Below the pieces are notes generated by a model, which saw only the letters and a program-made list of their open reading frames with translations, made no database searches and had not been told where the DNA came from. Source: Octopus sinensis (taxonomy: Eukaryota). From it: a stretch of DNA of 64,000 bases. Shown in pieces: positions 55,457 to 64,000 of the stretch; the first letter of the stretch is position 1, and every line of letters begins with the position of its first letter. The DNA is taken from the NCBI RefSeq assembly GCF_006345805.1, contig NC_042997.1, positions 143,406,001-143,470,000 of the forward strand. Direction: 5' to 3'. The translations under genes and the position numbers were made by a program.

Positions 55457-55542
55457 TTTCCTGAAGAGATTGATGTATAGCTGTCTATAACTCTTCATGT
55501 CAGACGTATTCTGAATGCAGCCATCAAAACATATGTAGATAT
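55457..55542 (+). ncRNA. Decayed type I hammerhead fold (G12A)
   Basis: CTGAAGA(55461-67)-GATTG...CCATC-AAAAC-ATAT-GTA|-GATA, with two internal hairpins in stem II (TATAG/CTATA, TCAGA/TCTGA). Confidence 0.45.
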
Positions 55543-55619
55543 AAAAGATATGTAGATATGAAGATATAAATTGTCTCCTTTTACAATTTTTCCTATATAT
55601 GTGTGTGTGTGTGTGTCTA

Positions 55620-55856
55620 TGAGGTTGTCCTGAAAAGTTCTTGGCTTTGGGTAAAAGAAAATACAAGAGGATCAGTTAATTATGATTTTATTCAACATAT
55701 TCCCTTCTCAGATTCACACACATATTGCTGTCCTTCAGGTTTTCTAAAACTGTCCTTCAGTTTTTCTAAATACTATTAAAAAAATTCGGAAGATTGGGCT
55801 ACTAACCACGCCTTTCGCCATACCCTTAAAGCCAGGAACTTTTCACTACCACCTCG
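55620..55856. mobile_element. Mariner-derived MITE
   Basis: TA|TGAGGTTGTCCTGAAAAGTTCTTGGCTTT ... AAAGCCAGGAACTTTTCACTACCACCTCG|TA. Confidence 0.8.
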
Positions 55857-55986
55857 TAAATATGTATGTGCCCATGTATGTATTGCCCGTGTATATTAAG
55901 ATGCATGCATGATATTGCGTGTATGTATGGATCTGAATGTTTTGACTTAAGTATGTACACATTTACATATGTTTGTATATATCTAT

Positions 55987-56059
<73 letters not shown>

Positions 56060-56576
56060 ACTTAAGCTAAAATCATGGAATGCTTTACATGCTTTCACAA
56101 TTCCATTAATGATTTCTAGCAGTAATTTTCTAATTAATCATATCCTTCCTGGTTTTGCGAAGTCTAGCTTCTCAAGTTTGGTGTTAGTGTTGAAGCTGTT
56201 AAATTACAAATCTAAGTATACCAATAATTACAGTTATAAACCTAAAGTTGCAGTCTAAGTGAAGTATTGGTATATTTATACTTCTGATTGCTTGCCATCA
56301 ATTAAACAATATCTTATGCACAACTTTGCATAAATGAGAAGAAGAACTACACTTTGTAACTGCGTGTTTTCAAGTTCAGTCCCACTGTATAGCACCTTGG
56401 GCAATTGTCTTAAACTATAGCTCTAGGCTCACTAATGTTTTGTGAAGGAATTTGATAGATGGAAATATATGTATATGTGTGTGTGTGTGTGTGCGTGCGT
56501 TTGTGCATCTGTGTGTGTATATCTATATGTGTATATCATTGTGCTCATGTTTGTCTCCTCCACCACTTGGCAACTA

Positions 56577-56794
56577 CAAGGGGTGTTGAAAAGTTGCTGG
56601 CTTTAAGGGTGTCACAAAAGATCTGGTTGGAGGTCCAGCCTTCCGAGTTCTTTTACAGGGCTTAGAAAATAATGAAGGACCATTGCAGTAAATGCATAAA
56701 TCTGAGAGGGGAATATGTTGAATAAGACCCATAATTAACTAATCCTCCTGTATTTTCTGATACCCAAAGCCCGGTACTTTTCAGCACCCCCTCG
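56577..56794. mobile_element. Mariner-derived MITE inserted into an OR-type SINE
   Basis: TA|CAAGGGGTGTTGAAAAGTTGCTGGCTTT ... AAAGCCCGGTACTTTTCAGCACCCCCTCG|TA. The SINE sequence resumes on both sides. Confidence 0.8.
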
Positions 56795-57257
56795 TAGTGT
56801 TGGTTTGTCACATCTTTGTAAGTTACAGTTCGGCAAAAGAAACTGATAAAATAAGTTCTTGACTTAGAAAAAGTAAGTACTGGGATTAGATACGTTCGAC
56901 TAAAACAGATTTCAAGGCTGTGCCTCAGCATGGCCGCAACCCACTGACTAAAACAACTAAAAGAAAGAAAATTAGAAAGTTTTACTGTGTGAATTATCAA
57001 TGTAAATGCATTTTTCTATGTTATTGATGGGATAGGAAGCTGAGTATGATTTCTCTGAGGAGTGATCAACAACCTTTGAAACGGTCTGTCAGGAGATCCC
57101 TTCTTGTTTGTTTTTTCTACACTTCAGTGGCATAGAAAAAATGTGCTTATGTTTTTAGTTCACCCACAATGAGGTTTTGCAATCTTTAGGTTTACTTTAG
57201 TTTTCTTTTGCTTTATGCTGTGTTGTGCACACACACGTGGATATCTTCAAATATGCA

Positions 57258-57289
<32 letters not shown>

Positions 57290-57338
57290 CATATAAATAT
57301 CTAATATACACATGTACATATATGCATATTTACATGCA

Positions 57339-57396
<58 letters not shown>

Positions 57397-57405
57397 ATAT
57401 ACATG

Positions 57406-57484
<79 letters not shown>

Positions 57485-57486
57485 TA

Positions 57487-57669
57487 TGTCTCAGATTTTG
57501 GCCTACCTGCTGATATTTTCTTTACACTATGTGCACAACAAACGGAAATTTTAAAGTGTGCCAATTAAAATTTCACTAACCTATTCGTATGAGGAAAGTG
57601 CCTATCCACTAAGCTAAGGAATATCTTACTCAAACAAGTTCTTATGTTTAAAAAAAGGATGGGGTGTTC

Positions 57670-57743
<74 letters not shown>

Positions 57744-57933
57744 ATGAATGAACACCCCATCCTTTTTTTAAACATAAGAACTTGTTTGAGTAAGATATTC
57801 CTTAGCTTAGTGGATAGGCACTTTCCTCATACGAATAGGTTAGTGAAACTTTTAATTGGCACACTTTAAAATTTCTGTTTGTTGTGCACATAGTGTAAAG
57901 AAGATATCAGCAGGTAGGCCAAAATCTGAGACA
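57487..57933. repeat. Long inverted repeat (186/187-bp arms) around a (TA)n spacer
   Basis: 57487-57672 is the reverse complement of 57747-57933, with 2 substitutions and 1 indel seen. Confidence 0.92.
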
Positions 57934-57964
57934 GAGACAGGATGTTCATGAAGAGGTAACATCA

Positions 57965-58189
57965 CATGTACCCTTAACTGCCACTGTAACACAGAAATAG
58001 TCTATTATAAGGTAGAGGTAACATCAAAGGGTCCCAATAAGCAACCAAAAGTTCGAAACTATGTGGGAGCGACAGAATGTCCTTTCAGCATCAGATTCAA
58101 TAGCCATAAGTTCTCCTTCAGTATTCAGGAGAGACGAAATGTCAGCCCTTACTAAGTACGTATGGTCGTTAAAGGAAAGCGCAACAGAG
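57965..58189 (+). mobile_element. Penelope-like GIY-YIG remnant, left part (interrupted by the Gypsy element)
   Basis: TCTLNCHCNTEIVYYKVEV...NYVGATECPFSIRFNSHKFSF, then (frameshift) SALTKYVWSLKESATE. Confidence 0.8.
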
Positions 58190-58427
58190 TGTTATATAAT
58201 CATCATAACAAACATGAACAATCAACGTCGCCCATTGTCTCCCTTGATAAAAGGACTTTCACTTTGTTTCCGGCCAAAACAATTAACTTGTACAACAACG
58301 GCAGTCGAATAAAGTATCTTGTATCGTTAACACGTTGTTTCAGTCTCTCTCATTTTCTTAATCTTTCATACTAAGTACTCACTACTTCCTTTAATACTCA
58401 ATACATTATATATATATAACAACAACA
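58190..58427 (+). repeat. 5' LTR
   Basis: TGTTATATAAT...AACAACA, with internal AATAAA. Confidence 0.95.
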
Positions 58428-58504
58428 TGGTGTCAGAATACTAAAAGAACCCAAAATACAAAAACCAAGGAAAAAAGAAGTTGAAATCATACTTCAAAGA
58501 CGAA

Positions 58505-61500
58505 ATGGAAAATTTACCGCATCCAAAAGACCTAGACTTTAATCAGGAAAATCTAGCCGCAGCATGGAAAAAGTGGAAAAAAGAATTCAATCTCTTTTTG
58601 ATAGCACAGAAAGTGACATGAAGCCAGACAAAGTAAAAACTTCAATGTTTTTAACTTGCATCGGTTCTAAAGGCCGAGATATCCATTCCACACTGGATTT
58701 CGATTCACCCGACGAAGAAATGAACCTTCAGACAGTAATCGAAAAATTCGATGCATATTGTGAACCCAGGAAAAACATAACTTTCCTAAGACACAAATTC
58801 TTCACATGTGGACAAGCGGAACATCAAAAATTCGATGAGTACGTAGTAGAGTTGCGCCAAAAGGCACAACAGTGCGAATTCGGCAACCTCACAGACAGTC
58901 TCACCAAAGATATTCTGATATGTGGAATCAGAGACATGAGATTAAGAGAAAGATTATTGAGAGAACCAAATTTAGACCTACAAAAAACAATTCAAGCAGG
59001 TCAGAGTGCAGAGCAAACACGACTCCAATCAAGGATGCTAAATGCCACATCCGAAACAAGAGATAACGAAATCTCGAGGGTATATAGTCAACACGACAGA
59101 AAAGGCGCCAAAACTCAAATAACCCGCCATATGCAATCCAGACATCAAAACGAACAAGGCGGAAGTGACAGAAAGCCCGCGAAGTTTCAAGCGCCAAGTC
59201 AACACTACGTCACTAACTGTCACTATTGTGGTTATAATCACAAAAGAAATAAATGCCCAGCATTTCACAAGACATGTGAAAAATGCAAGAAACAAGGACA
59301 CTATGCAAAAATGTGCAAATCAAGAGAATTTGTACATAAAGTAGAGATACATACCGACGATGAATCAGATGACGATACACATGCACTCGAAATGATCACT
59401 GCAAATAATTCCCGCGTGCACAAAATCGAAAAGTTCAAGACTCCAAAAGACATTTGGACGGTCGAACTAAAAGTGAACAACTCGAATGTAACATTCAAAA
59501 TAGATACAGGAGCAGACGTAACCGTACTGCCATTCAGAGAATATAGAAATATAATTCCAAAACCACAACTGCAAAAAACTTCAACTCGATTATCAGCTTA
59601 TAATAACACAGCTATAAAAGTGCTAGGAAAATGCACAGCAGTCATTAAATACAAAGAATTATCAAAGCAAATAAAATTCATTGTTGCAAAAACAAACTCG
59701 CACGCAGTTATAGATGCAAAGACAGCTAAAGATCTGAACCTGATTCAGAGAATTTCAAAAATAAATTCGTCGAACACAAACGCCATATTAGAAAAATATG
59801 AAGACTGTTTCGGAGAAATCGGCACTTTGTCAATAACACATCATATCACAGTGGATCCACAAATAACTCCTGTAATTCATCCACCAAGATCGGTTCCTTT
59901 TTCTATAAAAGAAAAACTCAACAAAGAATTAAAAAGAATGACAGAATTAGATATCATAAAACCTGTTAGTGAACCTACAGACTGGGTAAATTCCCTAGTC
60001 ATCGTTGAAAAAGCCAACGGAAAACTCCGACTCTGTTTAGACCCCAAGAATCTAAACAAAGCCATACAAAGGCAACATTTCAAACTCCCTACAGCGGAGG
60101 ACATTTTTGCACAAATGCATAACCCTAAATATTTTTCAAAACTCGATGCATCTAATGGATACTGGCAAATTCCAGTTGACGAAGAAAGCTCCCATCTTTT
60201 AACATTCAACACACCTTTTGGAAGGTATCGCTTCACACGACTACCTTTTGGAATTCACAGCGCCAGTGAAGTTTTCCAAAAAGAAATTTCAAAAATAATA
60301 GAGGGCATAGAAGGAGCAAGAAATTCACAGGATGACATCATAATCTGGTCCAACACTTTAGAAGAACACACAAATAGACTACAACAAGTTTTTGATCGAA
60401 TCCGAAAGCACGGATTAAAGTTAAATAAATCAAAGTGTATCTTCTATGAATCACAAATCAAGTACCTTGGGCATATATTAACCAGCGAAGGGATAAAACA
60501 AGATCCAACCAAGGTACAAGCAATCATTCACATGCCACTGCCAACAAGTAAAAAAGAATTACAAAGATATGATTTTGACCTAAACCACATACCTGGTAAA
60601 GAATCAATTGTTGCAGATACCCTATCACGTGCATACCTTGAGCAAAATACTCCAGAAGTATCAGACGAAGATATGAAATCGCACATTCATGCAGTAATAA
60701 AAAATTACCCCATAACCGACACTAAATTAAAAGAGTATAAAGAAGCCACTGCAGACGACCCGTCTCTACAGACACTCGTCACATATACAAGAACAGAATG
60801 GCCCCCAAAAGACAAAATACCAATAAACATCAAACCATTCGTATCCGTTCGTGATGAAATATCAATCGTCAATGGTCTCGTTCTAAAAGGTTCAAGAATA
60901 ATTGTACCTAAGTCATTACGTAGAGAAGCTCTACAGGAAATACATACCGGACACATGGGTATCGAAAAATGCATAGAGAGAGCGAAGGAATGTATATACT
61001 GGCCCGCATTAACGCTCAAATCAAAGACATGATTAACACATGCTCATACTGCATTGACTACAAAAATCAACAAGCAGCCGAACCACTAATAAATCATGAA
61101 ATACCTACTACACCATGGACCAAAGTGGGTACAGACGTATTTCACCTGTCTGGAAATTCGTATGTCACAATTATTGACAAGATTTTTTGATCTACACGAA
61201 ATAAATGATTGCCAGTCAAAAACCGTAATCAAAAAATTAAAAGAAACTTTTGCTAAATTCGGAATTCCGCAAACAGTTGTAAGTGACAACGGTCCAGAAT
61301 TCAATTCGGCTGAATTCAAAAAATTTGCAAAAAATTGGCATTTTCATCACACGAAGACAAGCCCGCATTATCATCAAGCGAATGGCATGGTTGAGAGAAA
61401 TATACAGACAATAAAAAAGACGCTAAAAAAGGCATTCAAAAGTGGCGAAGAACCTCAGTTAGCGCTCTTAGCATTACGCACGACTAAATTACAAAATGGT

Positions 61501-61800
61501 GCACCATCCCCTGCAAATCAAATAATGAATAGAACATTGCGAACAAATCTCCCAAACATATTACACGACAAAATTGGTATCAGGCCTCACGAAAAGAAGA
61601 AATCAAACATTACAACAGAACTCCCAGAGTTAAAACCACACGACACGGTTAGAATTAAGTTTAACAACAATTGGTTTAGAAGGGGCAAAATAATTAAAAA
61701 ACTAGAGCAACCTCGTTCATACTTAGTAATAACAGAGGAAGGAAATACAGTCAAACGAATAGACAACATATTCTTAAAACAAACGAACACGTTCGCATAA
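58505..61800 (+). pseudogene. Gypsy gag-pol, disrupted (gag with two Zn knuckles, protease, RT, integrase; RNase H core missing)
   Basis: The true start is MENLPHPKDLDF..LAAAWKKWKKEF (ATG 58505), with a frameshift near 58606. Motifs: CHYCGYNHKRNKC/CEKCKKQGHYAKMC, FKIDTGAD, KLDASNGYWQI, NSQDDIIIW, IHTGHMG...CSYC, GTDVF, VSDNGPEF, NGMVER. Further frameshifts near 61005 and 61178. Confidence 0.93.
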
Positions 61801-61986
61801 CAGAAGAATTAGATTATGAAAATATATTTCCAAAGTCAACAAACACGCATGAAAAAACAAAAACAGCACAACTACAGAATTCAACACTACAAAATAATAA
61901 AACCACAAAAAGTGGACGACGAATAATTATTCCCTGTAGATACAGATGATATAAAAAAAAATTAAAAAAAAAAAAAAAAAGGAAGA

Positions 61987-62224
61987 TGTTATATAATCAT
62001 CACAACAAACATGAACAATCAACGTCGCCCATTGTCTCCCTTGATAAAAGGACTTTCACTTTGTTTCCGGCCAAAACAATTAACTTGTACAACAACGGCA
62101 GTCGAATAAAGTATCTTGTATCGTTAACACGTTGTTTCAGTCTCTCTCATTTTCTTAATCTTTCATACTAAGTACTCACTACTTCCTTTAATACTCAATA
62201 CATTATATATATATAACAACAACA
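61987..62224 (+). repeat. 3' LTR
   Basis: Identical to the 5' LTR except cacaac vs cataac near its start. Confidence 0.95.
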
Positions 62225-62229
62225 CAGAG

Positions 62230-62385
62230 TACTACATCAAGTGGAAAATCTTAGAGAAGTGCAAGCAATTCTTTATTAGCATCAGAAAATGCAGATTATG
62301 TTTAGCCGAGAAAAGAATCATATTAAAAAAAATTCTTAACATCTTTACACTGCAGAAATGAAATTTTTAGTTCTTGCGAAAGGGA
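62230..62385 (+). mobile_element. Penelope-like GIY-YIG remnant, right part
   Basis: Continues the frame after the TSD: YYIKWKILEKCKQFFISIRKCRLCLAEKRIILK. Confidence 0.8.
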
Positions 62386-63049
62386 AGGCGTGAGTTAAAT
62401 ATATAATAACTAAATGAGAAATTTGGTAAAGTAAAAAAATAAAATAGAAAAGTAAGAAATATAATTAGAAATGCCGGTAGTTATTGAACTAAATAATAAC
62501 ATTTGACTATAATTTACTATTACTCAAGCGAGTAACAGTTTCTTCATGGCCAGCTTTTTGTTTTTGAAAATTAACTGACCAATAGTATCCTCTTACTGTC
62601 CAGACCAGTCCTACTCCGGACCCAGGGTTATTTCAGGTATACTGCCTACTTATAATAATAAATAAAATTCATACGAAATCGATTAATAGTAAATTATAGA
62701 CAGCTGTTATTATTTAGTTCTATAACTACTGATATATCTAATTATATTTCTTATTTTCTAATTTCATTTTTTGACTTAACGAAATTGCTCATTTATTTAT
62801 TATATATTTAACCCACTCCTTCTCCCCGTATATAGGAATGTACCACTAAATATTATAACTACCCCTTTTTCGATTTCTAAATTCTAGTCGGTCGAAAGTT
62901 TCACAGTAGGTCAGCATGGGCCATCTATAAATTATCGCCGTTCTCACTTTCTCCTTCTTTTTCTTCTTTTTGTTTTTACTTTTATTTTATTTACTTTTCC
63001 GCTCTGATGAAGTTCCCTGATTCAATTTAATATAACTAATTACTTACAA

Positions 63050-63060
63050 TGATAACCACC

Positions 63061-63142
<82 letters not shown>

Positions 63143-63160
63143 CCATCATCATCATCATTA
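63050..63160. repeat. (CAC)n/(CAT)n trinucleotide array
   Basis: Directly visible. It is the source of the poly-Ile ORF. Confidence 0.95.
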
Positions 63161-63530
63161 TTGTTGGGGTTAAACTTGAGAATCACGCTAACGGAAACAG
63201 CTGTAATTTGAGATTCTGTCTTTTTGTAATTAATTAATAAATGATGATTAATGTAAATCTATTGTTATTCATTAATTTTATCTCCATTTTCTGCTTTCCT
63301 TGAATATGGATAAATTCTAGTTTATTTTTGCCATCACCTATCATTTATGAGCATTTATATCAATGCTCATGATTAAATATAGGTAATACACCAGTGATTC
63401 ATTGGATATAAATATCCCTTAGACGGTTGTAATAACCTCTAACTTAGCTCACCTATATATATACCGGAGTAAACACATAAATGTGAAACAAGGTAGAAGA
63501 AAAGAATACTCAAATTCCAGTGGTAGAGTA

Positions 63531-63695
63531 ATATGCTTTATTTAAAGCAGCAGAAAATTCAACAAAACCTGTTACTCTGAGTTTCCCGTTGCCGTTCATC
63601 GGACAGTTTCTAACAAAAACTGTCCCATGGACGGCAACGGGAAACTCAGAGTAACAGGTTTTGTTGAATTTTCTGCTGCTTTAAATAAAGTATAT
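63531..63695. repeat. 79-bp-arm inverted repeat with a 7-nt loop
   Basis: 63531-63609 vs 63617-63695, with 3 mismatches. Confidence 0.92.
63569..63606 (-). ncRNA. Minimal type I hammerhead ribozyme fold (PLE type)
   Basis: The minus strand reads CUGU-CCGAUGA-ACG(GCAA)CGG-GAAA-CUCAGA-GUA|-ACAG: stem I CUGU/ACAG, GNRA-capped stem II and quasi-palindromic stem III ACUC-A-GAGU. Confidence 0.65.
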
Positions 63696-64000
63696 GCTCC
63701 CATGGTCATTCGTGACCTACGGAGTCGAGTTTTTAGTTTTATGTATGTACATACATAATTACATTGTCATAGCTAACACGATGTAACGATGTAATTGTGA
63801 GCAATTTAACTTAAATTTCAGTCTTTCATTCTCCTTGGACGAAAATTTTATTAGGCAAGGGTACTGATCTTAAAATAGTGTCCAGAAAACTTTTAGAAAA
63901 ACTACTTTGAAGTGTAGTAAATCATAATCATGTTGAAACTTAAGTAGATAAAGCTATAAATAACAGTGCAGAGTATTGGTTAAAAAATTCCCTTGAGGAA

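Larger units (their letters stand above)
58190..62224 (+). mobile_element. Ty3/Gypsy LTR retrotransposon (Mag-like), recent insertion, defective
   Basis: 238-bp TG...CA LTRs differing at 1 position. 5-bp TSD CAGAG (58185-89, 62225-29). PBS TGGTGTCAGAA at 58428, complementary to a tRNA-Leu 3' end. Purine tract before 61987. gag-pro-RT-IN coding region. Confidence 0.97.

Noticed and set aside
58564-61032. 822-aa ORF as an intact gag-pol or host gene
   Set aside because: It starts at an out-of-frame ATG upstream of a frameshift, lacks RNase H and ends at another frameshift.
63004-63212. CTGATGA (63004-10) plus GAAAC-AGCT-GTA (63194-205) as one hammerhead spanning the CAT array
   Set aside because: Stem I partners do not pair and stem II is only 3 bp. 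Kept only as a half-motif.
63049-63237. Poly-Thr/poly-Ile ORF
   Set aside because: (CAC)n/(CAT)n microsatellite.

Overview
AT-rich, repeat-dense animal genomic DNA, most likely an octopus (inferred from the tRNA-derived SINE and RTE repeat families and the TA/CAT microsatellites). One host gene is well supported: a minus-strand C6orf136 (DUF2358-type) homologue with five in-phase exons at 31733-31560, 13501-12905, 8230-8136, 6191-5973 and 1088-1019; its last exon lies outside the window. The rest is mostly mobile DNA: RTE and CR1-like LINE fragments, SINEs, a decayed mariner and mariner MITEs, piggyBac- and pogo-like MITEs, a Helitron, Penelope-like elements (PLEs), and a very young but defective Ty3/Gypsy element (58190-62224) inserted into a PLE GIY-YIG remnant. 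The most interesting unexplained signal is a dispersed set of type I hammerhead-ribozyme folds with palindromic stem III (18469-18583, 55457-55542, 63569-63606, plus half-motifs). Other oddities are a 1.1 kb island of about 82% AT with CpG excess that looks like an eroded PLE, two long palindromes, and a SINE-mediated tandem duplication whose crossover can be mapped. All calls are by eye; no searches were run.
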